In this document: piece by piece, positions 36,487-45,619 of the stretch
Position numbering within the stretch: position 1 is the first letter of the stretch
How the letters are laid out: each line of letters starts with the position of its first letter
Origin: Pirellulales bacterium
Lineage (GTDB): Bacteria; Planctomycetota; Planctomycetia; Pirellulales; JAICIG01
Direction of reading: 5' to 3'
Assembly: GCA_035252155.1 (NCBI GenBank)
Contig: DATFDL010000776.1
Span: forward strand, 1,392 to 65,391
DNA length: 64,000 bases
Notes under the pieces: model-generated
What the model saw: the letters and a program-made list of their open reading frames with translations, nothing else
What the model was told of the DNA's origin: nothing
Databases searched by the model: none
Translations under genes and position numbers: made by a program

Positions 36487-37466
36487 GGCGCGGCAACTTC
36501 CTCTTCTTCAAAATGCCGGCCCGCGAGCTTGACAAAGACATCTTCCAGGCTGGCGTGGCGCACCGACAGGCTGGTAAGCTGCACGTTCAATTTTTGCAGG
36601 CGGTCGACCAATGACGGCAGCGTCACGTGCGGCTCGGCCACCGAAAGGCACATCCGGTCGCCCTCCGGGCGGGCCGCCGTCACGCCGGGTAAGTCGGCCA
36701 CCGCGGCCGCATCGACGCCGCCATCGGCAATCGCGGCGTCGGACGCCTGGCGATGATCGGCATGGGCCGAGAACTCGATGACATGCTCGCCGCCCAAGCT
36801 GGCAATCAGCTCGCGAGGCGTGCCCAGCGCGATCACCTTGCCGTGATCGACGATTGCCACACGGTCGCAGAGCCGTTCGGCCTCGTCCAAATAATGCGTG
36901 GTGACCAGCACGGTTCGCCCTTGCCGCCCGAATTGGCGTATCACTTCCCAAAGCTGTCGGCGCGACTGCGGATCGAGTCCGGTGGTTGGCTCGTCGAGAA
37001 ACAGCAACTCCGGATCACCGACCAGCGCCGCGGCAACCGCCAGCCGTTGCTTTTGACCACCAGAGAGTTTGCCTACCCAGGCCGACGCTTTTTCTGCGAG
37101 ATCGACCTGGCGGATGGCTTCATCAGGCTCGGTGCCGCGGCGGTAAAAGCTGCGAAAGAGCGTCAGCGTTTCGCGGACCGAGAGCTTTTCCGACAGTCGG
37201 GTTTCTTGCAGCGAGATGCCGATCCGTTGACGGATTTCGTCCCCATCGTTTTTCCAGGTAAGACCCAGCACCTCGACTTCGCCGGAGGTGGGCGATAACA
37301 GCCCTTCGATGATTTCGATCGTGGTGGTTTTGCCGGCGCCGTTCGGCCCCAGTAGTCCGAAACATTCGCCACGTTCAATGGCCAAATCGAGGCCGCGCAC
37401 CGCTTCGACGGGCGGGCGGCCTTCGTAGGTCTTCACGAGCTGAGTGCAGCGGATGGCGGAGGGCAA
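36483..37466 (-). CDS. ABC transporter ATP-binding protein (DrrA/CcmA-like)
   Basis: GPNGAGKTT, LSGGQKQRLAVA and LLFLDEPTTGLD motifs. TTG start at 37466. Confidence 0.85.
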   Translation of the reverse strand: MPSAIRCTQLVKTYEGRPPVEAVRGLDLAIERGECFGLLGPNGAGKTTTIEIIEGLLSPTSGEVEVLGLTWKNDGDEIRQRIGISLQETRLSEKLSVRETLTLFRSFYRRGTEPDEAIRQVDLAEKASAWVGKLSGGQKQRLAVAAALVGDPELLFLDEPTTGLDPQSRRQLWEVIRQFGRQGRTVLVTTHYLDEAERLCDRVAIVDHGKVIALGTPRELIASLGGEHVIEFSAHADHRQASDAAIADGGVDAAAVADLPGVTAARPEGDRMCLSVAEPHVTLPSLVDRLQKLNVQLTSLSVRHASLEDVFVKLAGRHFEEEEVAAP

Positions 37467-37470
37467 CGAA

Positions 37471-37509
37471 GGGGCTGGGGCCTAGAGGCTGGGGGCTAGG
37501 GACTAGGCG
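37471..37509. repeat. G-rich tandem array (GGGGCT/CTAGGG units), single arm
   Basis: GGGGCTGGGGCCTAGAGGCTGGGGGCTAGGGACTAGG begins 5 nt upstream of the ABC ATPase start. It is related in unit sequence to the arms at 60350..60440. Confidence 0.65.
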
Positions 37510-37558
37510 GTCAAATATAGCGAGCGATTCGAGCGTTGCCCAGGTGGCGGCAATGGTA

Positions 37559-38461
37559 CTATGCCGCGCGAGCGCGTTTTACCGCCGGCTGCTCGACGGA
37601 GGCAGCATGCGGATCGAGGATCGCTTCCGCCGGCTGGTATTCCAGCTTGCGGAACTGCATCGCCAGATTGTAAGCCAGCGGCCCAGAGGCGACCTGATAG
37701 TCAAGGGCCATCAACGCATAGCAGAGCGAGGCCCAAACGCGCCCCAGGAGCGGGGGCGGGAAACATAGTCCCAAGTAACCCGCGCCGTACAGCAATGAGC
37801 CGCGCCGCGCGGTGCGCTGTGCGACAAACTGCCCTTCGGCCAATGCCGCCAAATCGGCCGCGCTGAAATGATGATGACGCTGGCCGGTCGCATTGTGCCC
37901 GCGCACCCAGAACCGCACCGGCGTGGCGGCACTCAACGCGCGATATAGCCGCGGATAATCGCTCGCCATGTTTTCGGGGCTGAGCCAACGCAGCGCCCCA
38001 CGATAGGGTACGCTGACGGTCCACAATCCGCCGGGCCGCAGCACGCGGGCGATTTCGGCCACCAGCCCCGCGCGGTCGGGCACATGCTCCAAGACATCGA
38101 GCAGCGTTATCGCGTCGAAGCTGCCGTCGGCAAACGGCAATGTTGCACCATCGTAGTGCAAGAACGTGACACGGCTGCTCCGTACGCGGCGGCGGGCAAC
38201 TCGCAAGGCCACGCGGTCGACGTCGATGGCCACCACCCGCTTTGCCTTGCGGGCCAGATGTCGCACGTGGTATCCCGCGCCGCAGCCGATGTCGAGCAGC
38301 TCGGCCCGGTCGGGCAGCCACTGCTTGGCCAGCCGCCCTCGATCGAGCGGCACAGGCAAAGCCGGCATTCGCTCGTAAAACTCTTGCTTCTCGGCGTCAT
38401 CGGCGAAAATTGCCGCTTCGTCGCACGATCGTGGAGTAGGAAATGGGGAGCCTATTCGCAT
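37559..38461 (-). CDS. Class I SAM-dependent methyltransferase
   Basis: LLDIGCGAGYHVRHLA (motif I) and AITLLDVLEHV. Start trimmed to ATG 38461 because the upstream part of the track ORF runs through two palindromic repeats. Confidence 0.7.
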   Translation of the reverse strand: MRIGSPFPTPRSCDEAAIFADDAEKQEFYERMPALPVPLDRGRLAKQWLPDRAELLDIGCGAGYHVRHLARKAKRVVAIDVDRVALRVARRRVRSSRVTFLHYDGATLPFADGSFDAITLLDVLEHVPDRAGLVAEIARVLRPGGLWTVSVPYRGALRWLSPENMASDYPRLYRALSAATPVRFWVRGHNATGQRHHHFSAADLAALAEGQFVAQRTARRGSLLYGAGYLGLCFPPPLLGRVWASLCYALMALDYQVASGPLAYNLAMQFRKLEYQPAEAILDPHAASVEQPAVKRARAA

Positions 38462-38489
38462 CACGTTAAGGTATTTCTGTAGCGAAAAC

Positions 38490-38580
38490 CTGTAGGGAAC
38501 GCCCTCTGTGGCGGTCCGCGAGGGGCGAGTCGACGTCTCACCCGCAGTTCTCGGAACGCCACGGAGGGCGTTCCCTACAA
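38490..38580. repeat. REPIN-like doublet, class A, copy 2
   Basis: CTGTAGGGAACGCCCTCTGTGGCGGTCCG ... CGGAACGCCACGGAGGGCGTTCCCTACA. Confidence 0.9.
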
Positions 38581-38687
38581 ACCCGAACGGTATGGCAGTA
38601 GCAATCGTGGGCGGTAGTCTAGGAAGAACTTGCGGACTAGGCAACGTCAGTCTTGCCGACCTAACGGGAGGTATCCCCCACCGGCTT

Positions 38688-38777
38688 CTGTAGAGAACGG
38701 ACTTCCTGCCGGTGGGTGAATGGCGGCGCGAGGCCAAATCGTAATTCGCTCAACGGCTCGGAGTCCGTTCCCTACAG
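38688..38777. repeat. REPIN-like doublet, class A variant (GTAGAGAACGGAC..GTCCGTTC)
   Basis: CTGTAGAGAACGGACTTCCTGCCGGTGGG ... CGGCTCGGAGTCCGTTCCCTACAG. Same 90-bp length and same CTGTAG/CTACAG termini as class A. Confidence 0.8.
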
Positions 38778-39032
38778 ACCTGAAAGTCGCTCCGTCCGCT
38801 ACCACTCGACCGTGGCGTCCGCCATCGCTCGTCGAGCCGGCCATATTCACCAAACTCGCGCTGGCGCCGATTCGATAGCACCTATTGGGTTGCCGCGCCC
38901 CGATTCGAAGGAAGGCTCTGCCGCGGTCATAACTCAAAGCCACGATTGCCATTGACGACTAACGGGGCCGGGCACTATCGTGCCGCCGCTCGCGGGAGTC
39001 CCGACACCCTGATTCGCAGCCCGGCCTTTTTT

Positions 39033-40340
39033 ATGCACCTTCCCTGGTTTGCCGCATGGCTGGCGTTTGCGATCGCAGCCGCCGCGCAATTTGCACTGAT
39101 CACCTGGCAGCTTTGGGAGAATCGCCGCTTCGCGCGCAGCCGCCTGTTTCGATCGCCCATCGTTCGTCATCGGCCCTGCGTGGCCCTATTTGCGCCGTGC
39201 AAGGGACTCGACCCAGAGGTTGTCGAAAATCTCCGTCCGTTGCTGCGGCAAGATTACGACAACTACCGCGTCACGTTTATCGTCGAAAGCGGCGACGACC
39301 CGGTCTGCGGGCCCATTCGCCGGCTGATGATGCAACATCCGCGCGTGCCCGCCCGGCTGCTTGTTGCGGGCCAGGCTACCGACACGGGACAAAAAGTTCA
39401 TAATCTGCGGACTGCAACAGCCGACCTGCCCGACGACGTCGAAGTGTTGGCGTTTGTCGATTCCGACGCGCGGCCTCGCGCCGACTGGTTACGGCGGCTT
39501 GTCAGCCGGCTCAACCGGCAAGAAATTGGCGCGGTGACCGGCTATCGCTGGTTCGTGCCCACCGATCGCTCCGCGGCGCAATTGCTGCTCTACAGCGTCA
39601 ACGCCTCGGTGGCGTCGGGCTTCGGGCCCGGCGGCCATCACCTGGTGTGGGGTGGCTCGTGGGCGGTCCGCCGCGATGTCTTCGAGCAGTTGGGATTGCG
39701 TAGCGCCTGGCGCGGAACGCTCAGCGACGACCTGGTGGCCACTCGCGTGCTTCATCAGTCGGGATTGCGCGTCGAGTTCGAGCCGGCTTGCATGGTGGCT
39801 TCGCCCATTGATGGCGGTTGGCAGCAGGCGCTGTCGTTCATTCGGCGGCAATATGTGATCTCGCGGTTCTACGCGCCGCGATGGTGGCTCTTGGCGCTGA
39901 CGGCGGCCACGCTGGGAGTCGTGACTTTTTGGGGCGGCCTGGTCGCGTTGGTCACAGGCGCTGCTGCTGGCGCCGACTGGACCTGGGTGCCCGCACTGGT
40001 CTGCTCGTTGTTCTACGGCGGCTCGATATTGCGTGGCTGGCAGCGCCGGGCACTGGCACGGGTTTATTTGCCCGACGCACAGTCACGTCTGGCGGCCGCC
40101 GCCTGGATCGATCTCTGGACGGGACCGCTGGTGGGGCTGGCCCATTGGTTGAGTATTCTCAGTTCGCTCGTTGGCGACGAGCTCGATTGGCGCGGCGTTC
40201 GGTATCGCATCCGCCGGGGAGGCGGCATCGAAATCGTTTCTCGCGAAGTTGCAATTCCGACCGGTCCACCAACGCCGAAACCAGGCCGCCGGCCGAAGCG
40301 CCAGTTGCAGCCTGTCCACTGCCACACCGGCGGTTCATAA
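39033..40340 (+). CDS. Membrane glycosyltransferase, GT21/ceramide-glucosyltransferase-like (HpnI-like)
   Basis: VTFIVESGDDP...NLRTATADLPDDVEVLAFVDSDARPRADWL (DxD) with several C-terminal TM helices. ATG 39033 chosen. Confidence 0.65.
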   Translation: MHLPWFAAWLAFAIAAAAQFALITWQLWENRRFARSRLFRSPIVRHRPCVALFAPCKGLDPEVVENLRPLLRQDYDNYRVTFIVESGDDPVCGPIRRLMMQHPRVPARLLVAGQATDTGQKVHNLRTATADLPDDVEVLAFVDSDARPRADWLRRLVSRLNRQEIGAVTGYRWFVPTDRSAAQLLLYSVNASVASGFGPGGHHLVWGGSWAVRRDVFEQLGLRSAWRGTLSDDLVATRVLHQSGLRVEFEPACMVASPIDGGWQQALSFIRRQYVISRFYAPRWWLLALTAATLGVVTFWGGLVALVTGAAAGADWTWVPALVCSLFYGGSILRGWQRRALARVYLPDAQSRLAAAAWIDLWTGPLVGLAHWLSILSSLVGDELDWRGVRYRIRRGGGIEIVSREVAIPTGPPTPKPGRRPKRQLQPVHCHTGGS

Positions 40341-40365
40341 AGCGGAGATTTTGATCGCGAGAAAC

Positions 40366-40389
40366 GAACGGAACGAATTCCGTTCTACG
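40366..40389. repeat. REP-like singlet, class B (CGTAGAACGGAA-loop-TTCCGTTC)
   Basis: GAACGGAACGAATTCCGTTCTACG, between the GT stop and the radical SAM start. Confidence 0.8.
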
Positions 40390-40399
40390 GGGGGCCAAC

Positions 40400-41818
40400 A
40401 TGCGAATCGTCTTGTGGGACACGCGCCGGCTTGACGTGGCCAAAGATTTTGCGGGCGGTTTTGGCGTCGGCCAATATCCTGGCCAAGGTGGCGTCGGCGG
40501 CTGGCTCGTTCGCAGGGCGTTCAAGCGCGATCGCCGTCCTGTGGCGCTTGCCTTTGCCTATCTGGCGGCCATCTTTCGCCGCTTGGGGCACCAGGTCGAG
40601 TACAGCGAAGACCAGGTTCCGGCGGGGGCCGACGTCTATCTCTTCCATCCCGCGCTGATCACGCTGGCGCTGGAGCGCCGGGCGATCGAGAAGGCGCTCG
40701 CCCAATCGCCGCAGCCCACGGTGCTGGTCACCGGTATTTTGGCTCACGCGCTACCTGAAGCGTTCGCAGGGCTGAACGTTACCTTAGTGCGCGGCGAAAT
40801 CGAGCAATTGCTCTGGAAGCTCGACGAGGTGCTGTCGGCCGCCGCCGGAGCCGTGAAGAGCGATGGTTTCACCACGATTGATATCGGCTCGGTCCGCGAT
40901 CTCGATGCCTTGCCGTTTCCCGATTGGTCGCCCTTCGGGCCGCGGCGTTTCCGCGTGGCATACGACTTCTGGAAATTTCCCACGGCGTTCATTCAGCAAA
41001 GCCGCGGCTGCACGTTTTCGTGCAACTATTGCCCCTATATCGTCGTCGAAAAATCGACCCGTTTTCGCCAGCCCGAGCTGGTGGCCGACGAGATGCGGCA
41101 CGGCGTCGAAACCTACGGCTTTCGCTCGTTCAAGTTTCGTGATCCACTGTTCGGCCTCGACCGCCCGCGCGTTTTTCGCCTGGCTGAAGCGATCGGGCGG
41201 TTGCCGCGCCCCGTGCAATTCTCAATCGAAGGCCGCATCGACCTGCTGCGGCCCGACGTCTTGCGCGAGCTGAAGCGCGTCGGGTTGACCAGCATCACCG
41301 TGGGCATCGAGACGCCCGACGAAGGCACGCTGCGCCGCCACAAGCGGGCGCCGATCAAAGACGACCGGCAGCGCGAGTTCGTCGCGCTCTGCCGCGCGCT
41401 GGGCATCCGCACGGTGGCCGGATTCATGATCGGCTTTCCCGAAGATACGACGCGGTCGATCGAGGCGGTGCTCAAGTACGCCAAGCTGGTCGGGCCGACG
41501 TTCGCGAATTTCAATATCGTCACGCCCTATCCGGGCACCGAGTTTTTCAACGAGGTACGGAACCAAATCGCCAGCTTCGATTTCACGCGCTATAACGTCT
41601 ACACGCCGGTGATGAAGTATCGCCATCTCACGCCGGACGAAGTGGCTTGGCAGCACGCCCGCTGCTTCGTTGGCTATTATTTCCGTTCGCGCTGGTTTGC
41701 CGAAAATGCGCGGCTGGTGTGGCCGCGGTTGGGCCGGCTGCTTTCCGACCATGCGGTCGCCAAAGATTCGGCGAGGCTCGCTGAAGCCGACGGAGAACGG
41801 GCCTCGAAGGCCGCGTGA
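40400..41818 (+). CDS. B12-binding-domain radical SAM protein
   Basis: 472 aa with an N-terminal Rossmann-like B12-type region and the radical SAM cluster motif SRGCTFSCNYCPY (CxxxCxxC). Confidence 0.8.
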   Translation: MRIVLWDTRRLDVAKDFAGGFGVGQYPGQGGVGGWLVRRAFKRDRRPVALAFAYLAAIFRRLGHQVEYSEDQVPAGADVYLFHPALITLALERRAIEKALAQSPQPTVLVTGILAHALPEAFAGLNVTLVRGEIEQLLWKLDEVLSAAAGAVKSDGFTTIDIGSVRDLDALPFPDWSPFGPRRFRVAYDFWKFPTAFIQQSRGCTFSCNYCPYIVVEKSTRFRQPELVADEMRHGVETYGFRSFKFRDPLFGLDRPRVFRLAEAIGRLPRPVQFSIEGRIDLLRPDVLRELKRVGLTSITVGIETPDEGTLRRHKRAPIKDDRQREFVALCRALGIRTVAGFMIGFPEDTTRSIEAVLKYAKLVGPTFANFNIVTPYPGTEFFNEVRNQIASFDFTRYNVYTPVMKYRHLTPDEVAWQHARCFVGYYFRSRWFAENARLVWPRLGRLLSDHAVAKDSARLAEADGERASKAA

Positions 41819-41843
41819 CCCTCTTGCACACTGGCACCCCGTT

Positions 41844-42812
41844 TCACTTGGCGTCAGCCAACTTGCGGCGGAATGTGCGAACGCTGTCTTGTACCACCAG
41901 CGGCAACTTCGATCGCAGCAGGTTCGTGCCGTTGAACCAGCCATGCGGCTCGTCGAAGATCAGGTGGCACTCGATGAACATCGCCCCTGCCGGCTCTTGC
42001 AGCTCCGTCACTCGGCAATATCCGCCAAGGCCAGCGTAGGCCCGCGGTTCGCCTAGCGTGGTTTTGCCCGATCCGCCGCGCAGAATCGGCCGCCAACGAG
42101 CCGGATAATCGGCGTCGTCTGCCAAGCCGGGGTCGAGCAGCGCGGCGGCCACCGCCCCGCCGTCACTGCGGGTGATGGTCGCGTGAGTGATGCCGCTGAC
42201 TTGCACCTTGTCGAGCACCGGTAGCTCGATGCGAAAGTAACTTTCCTTGAAATCGTCCAAATCGCTCACATGCAACTCGCGTTTGCGTAATTCGTCGTCG
42301 GTCAGCGTCTCGGAGCGCGCCTGCGACGACCGATTGCCCCCGGCCAACTCGCCCAGCAGATTCTTATCGCTTACCGTCTGCAAAGTGCCATACGCGACAA
42401 ACCACAGATCGATCTGTTGCACGCGGCCCGCCTTTTTCTCTTCCGTGCCTTTTGGAAGATGGCCTTCCAGGCCATCGTTGTTGGTGGGCGATTTGCCAAG
42501 CTGTTGTCCACCGTCGCCCGGCGAATGAATTTCGAGCTGAAACGGCGCAACAGCCGACTTACGCACGAACTGATCGTACGAATATTTTTTGGAAACTAAC
42601 CGCTCGATGGCTTGCTTTTGTTCCGGGCCGCTCAGCCCGTCAGCCAACGACGGTTCGGCCAGCTTGACTGCCCGCGCACTCGTGCCGGCTTCAATTCCAC
42701 GCTCGACCAATTGGCGAAAGAGCGGGTTCGCGATTTCGCTATCGCCCGCCGAGGCGATCGACGGTAGTAACAGCAGAAGCGTAGTGACCCAACGCTTGAT
42801 TAGGTAGTTCAT
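41844..42812 (-). CDS. Hypothetical secreted protein
   Basis: MNYLIKRWVTTLLLLLPSIASAG signal. No recognised domain. Start trimmed to ATG 42812. Confidence 0.45.
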   Translation of the reverse strand: MNYLIKRWVTTLLLLLPSIASAGDSEIANPLFRQLVERGIEAGTSARAVKLAEPSLADGLSGPEQKQAIERLVSKKYSYDQFVRKSAVAPFQLEIHSPGDGGQQLGKSPTNNDGLEGHLPKGTEEKKAGRVQQIDLWFVAYGTLQTVSDKNLLGELAGGNRSSQARSETLTDDELRKRELHVSDLDDFKESYFRIELPVLDKVQVSGITHATITRSDGGAVAAALLDPGLADDADYPARWRPILRGGSGKTTLGEPRAYAGLGGYCRVTELQEPAGAMFIECHLIFDEPHGWFNGTNLLRSKLPLVVQDSVRTFRRKLADAK

Positions 42813-42983
42813 ATCGTGTGCTCCATCGATGAACAGATTCGGGAGGATTCTAAGAACTGGACGACGCGAGCAATTTAACCGTTTTCCTCCGGAGCGTAGG
42901 CGTTCATGGTAGACTGTGGTGCCGACCGTAATTATTGGTGCGACATTATCGTGGTACAATAGCCGCCATAAGGGCGTAGACAA

Positions 42984-43346
42984 GTGATCCTATTGCATGG
43001 AACGACTCGGCAAGGCGCGAGATCGATCCTGATGTACGGACCAAATCCGCAATTTCACGAGCCCGGTGCGCAAGCATCGGGAAACGGTTTTTCGGTGACC
43101 GCCGAATCCGGCCCGTTTTATTTCGGCACGCCGGAAGATTACGCGCGCGGCAAGGACCGCGAATTCCCCGACGAGGACGGACCGGCTATACTTGTAGTAG
43201 ACGTGCCTGACGACCTCGTGCAACTTGCCGTGAATGATTGGTTTCCTCTAAGTCAGGGACTTGTGCAATTCGACCTTGGCGCCGGCCTCGAAGAACTGGT
43301 CGCTGCATGGCCATCACTTGCCAAACACATTCGAGCAATCCAATGA
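42984..43346 (+). CDS. Hypothetical 120-aa protein with weak H-Y-[ED] ADP-ribosyltransferase-like motifs
   Basis: GTG start. MILLHGTT... (HG[ST]), then GPFYFGT (Y motif), then acidic residues in ILVVDVPDD/QFD. GC looks lower by eye. Confidence 0.35.
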   Translation: MILLHGTTRQGARSILMYGPNPQFHEPGAQASGNGFSVTAESGPFYFGTPEDYARGKDREFPDEDGPAILVVDVPDDLVQLAVNDWFPLSQGLVQFDLGAGLEELVAAWPSLAKHIRAIQ

Positions 43347-43720
43347 GTACCGTTTCTCCTTTTGCCGAGCGGATTCAAGATGCCTTTGGCCGGAGGAGTG
43401 GCGTGGTACGATTAGTCGATGAACTTTTGGTTTTATGTCGACAACACGGCCTACGGCTTGAGTGGCAAAATGGCATCTGCCAAGTTGGCGTGGGATCGCC
43501 TGAGCCGGTGGAATCGGTTGAGGTAACGATCCCTGAATCGGTATTCCGCGCGCTGCTCGCGCGGATCGCCTCCCTTTGCAATGACCACGCTGCCTGTTCT
43601 GTTTCTCCCTATGGCGGCGAGGGCATGTTGGCCGCCGATGCTGGTGCCACGTCGTATTGCCAAATCGCTTTCAGCAACCGCCCCGGCGACTTGTGGCTGA
43701 CAATGAGCAGATGCAATTAA
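43343..43720 (+). CDS. Hypothetical 125-aa protein translationally coupled to the preceding ORF
   Basis: The ATG at 43343 overlaps the upstream stop (ATGA). No recognised motif. Confidence 0.35.
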   Translation: MSTVSPFAERIQDAFGRRSGVVRLVDELLVLCRQHGLRLEWQNGICQVGVGSPEPVESVEVTIPESVFRALLARIASLCNDHAACSVSPYGGEGMLAADAGATSYCQIAFSNRPGDLWLTMSRCN

Positions 43721-43805
43721 GATTGGCAGCGCCGTGCGGATACGGTGACTCAGTAGACCGGAGAAGTACGCTTCCTCTTCTCTGTTTGGATTGAAACATC
43801 GGGCG

Positions 43806-45431
43806 CTATTTCAATCGCCGATACCGCCGGATCAGTGCGTTGGTCGAACTATCGTGCTCAAGCACCGGCTCGGTTTTGCTCTCTAACTCAGGAATGATCC
43901 GCTTGGCCAGCACCTTGCCTAGCTCGACGCCCCATTGGTCGAACGAATTGATGTGCCAGATCGTTCCCTGTGTGAACACCTTATGCTCATACAGCGCCAC
44001 CAGTTTGCCCAGCGCCTCGGGCGTGAGCCGCTTGAGCAGTAGGGTGTTCGTGGGATGGTTGCCCTCAAATGTTCGGTGCGGCACCTGAAAATCGGCCACG
44101 CCATCGGCCTTGACCTGCGCCGCCGTCTTGCCGAATGCGAGTGCCTCGGTTTGCGCAAAGAGGTTCGACATCAACAGGTCGTGATGGTTGCTCAGCGGGT
44201 TGAGCGTCTGGCAGAAGCCGATGAAGTCGCAGGGGATCAGCTTGGTGCCTTGATGGATGAGCTGGTAGTAGGCATGCTGGCCGTTGGTGCCCGGCGTGCC
44301 CCATACTATCGGACCAGTCTGATAATCGACCGGCCGGCCGTCGAGATCCACATGCTTGCCGTCGCTCTCCATGTCGAGTTGCTGCAGGTAGGCGCTGAAC
44401 CGACCTAGATAATGGTCGTACGGCAAGATCGCCACCGTCTCAGCGCCGAAGAAGTTGTTGTACCAAATGCCCAGCAGCCCCAGCAGCACGGGCAGGTTGC
44501 GGTCGAACGGCGCCGTGCGGAAATGCTCGTCCATGGCGTGAAAACCTGCCAGCATTTCGCGGAATTGATCGGAGCCGATGGCGATCATCAGCGACAGCCC
44601 GATGGCCGAATCGTACGAATACCGCCCGCCGACCCAGTCCCAAAACTCGAACATGTTGGCCGTGTCGATGCCAAACTTGCTTACCTCTTCGGCGTTCGTC
44701 GAGACCGCCACAAAATGTTTGGCCACCGCCTTTTCATCGCCCAGTGCTTCGAGGCACCAGCGGCGGGCCGAATGGGCGTTGGTGAGCGTTTCGAGCGTGG
44801 TGAAGGTTTTTGACGAGACGATCACCAACGTTTCGGCCGGGTCGAGATCGCGAGTAGCTTCGGCCAGGTCGGTGCCGTCGATGTTCGAGACAAACCGGAA
44901 CGTCAGGCTGCGGTCGCTATAGTGCCGCAGCGCCTCGTAGGCCATCACCGGCCCCAGGTCCGAGCCGCCGATGCCAATGTTGATGATGTTGCGGATGCGC
45001 TTGCCCGTGTGACCCTTCCACTGGCCGCTGCGCACGCGGTTGGCAAAATCGGCCATTTTGTCGAGCACGGCGTGGACGCCGGGCACCACGTCCTGGCCAT
45101 TGACCACGATCGACTCGCCCTTGGGTGCTCGCAGGGCGACGTGCAACACGGCCCGCTTTTCGGTGACATTGATTTTATCGCCGCGAAACATGGCGTCGAT
45201 GCGGTCGCGCAGTCCCGACTCTTCGGCCAACTGCACAAGCAGCCGCAACGTTTCGTCGGTGGCTCGGTTTTTGGAATAGTCGAGATAGATGCCGTCGGCC
45301 TCGGCGGTCATCCGCTCGCCGCGTTTCGAGTCGTCGGCGAAGAGCTGCCGAAGATGAACGTCGCGAATGGTCTCGTAATGGGCTTGCAGTTGCTTCCAGG
45401 CGGCGCGTTGGGTGGTGGGGGTGATGCTCAT
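43806..45431 (-). CDS. pgi: Glucose-6-phosphate isomerase
   Basis: 541 aa with LDYSKNR and [18 protein letters not shown] motifs. Confidence 0.9.
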   Translation of the reverse strand: MSITPTTQRAAWKQLQAHYETIRDVHLRQLFADDSKRGERMTAEADGIYLDYSKNRATDETLRLLVQLAEESGLRDRIDAMFRGDKINVTEKRAVLHVALRAPKGESIVVNGQDVVPGVHAVLDKMADFANRVRSGQWKGHTGKRIRNIINIGIGGSDLGPVMAYEALRHYSDRSLTFRFVSNIDGTDLAEATRDLDPAETLVIVSSKTFTTLETLTNAHSARRWCLEALGDEKAVAKHFVAVSTNAEEVSKFGIDTANMFEFWDWVGGRYSYDSAIGLSLMIAIGSDQFREMLAGFHAMDEHFRTAPFDRNLPVLLGLLGIWYNNFFGAETVAILPYDHYLGRFSAYLQQLDMESDGKHVDLDGRPVDYQTGPIVWGTPGTNGQHAYYQLIHQGTKLIPCDFIGFCQTLNPLSNHHDLLMSNLFAQTEALAFGKTAAQVKADGVADFQVPHRTFEGNHPTNTLLLKRLTPEALGKLVALYEHKVFTQGTIWHINSFDQWGVELGKVLAKRIIPELESKTEPVLEHDSSTNALIRRYRRLK

Positions 45432-45450
45432 GTGCTTCTCCGTTGGTAAT

Positions 45451-45470
45451 GTCGCCTTTCGCTCCGCGAA
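45451..45470. repeat. REP-like unit, class D singlet
   Basis: GTCGCCTTTCGCTCCGCGAA, an exact 20-nt match to 913 and 21562. Confidence 0.7.
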
Positions 45471-45506
45471 CGCGGCGCCGTCGCGGGGCGGAAAACGACG
45501 TTAGGT

Positions 45507-45597
45507 CTGTAGGGAACGCCCTCTGTGGCGTTCCGCAAACTACGGGTGGACGTCGCGCCGCCCCTCCACGGAACGCCACGGAGGGCGTTCCCTACAG
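45507..45597. repeat. REPIN-like doublet, class A, copy 3
   Basis: CTGTAGGGAACGCCCTCTGTGGCGTTCCG ... CGGAACGCCACGGAGGGCGTTCCCTACAG. Confidence 0.9.
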
Positions 45598-45619
45598 AGG
45601 CGTTATTGCAACGGCCACG

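Noticed and set aside
39033-41818. Assigning the gene symbols hpnI and hpnJ
   Set aside because: The pairing is suggestive, but the radical SAM N-terminus does not match my recollection of HpnJ and no other hopanoid genes are nearby. Symbols were left empty.
42450-42476. 16-nt match (GATGGCCTTCCAGGCC) between a CDS and the palindrome at 11088
   Set aside because: At this length, and with GC-rich composition, about one such match is expected by chance in 64 kb on two strands. It is not treated as a repeat copy.
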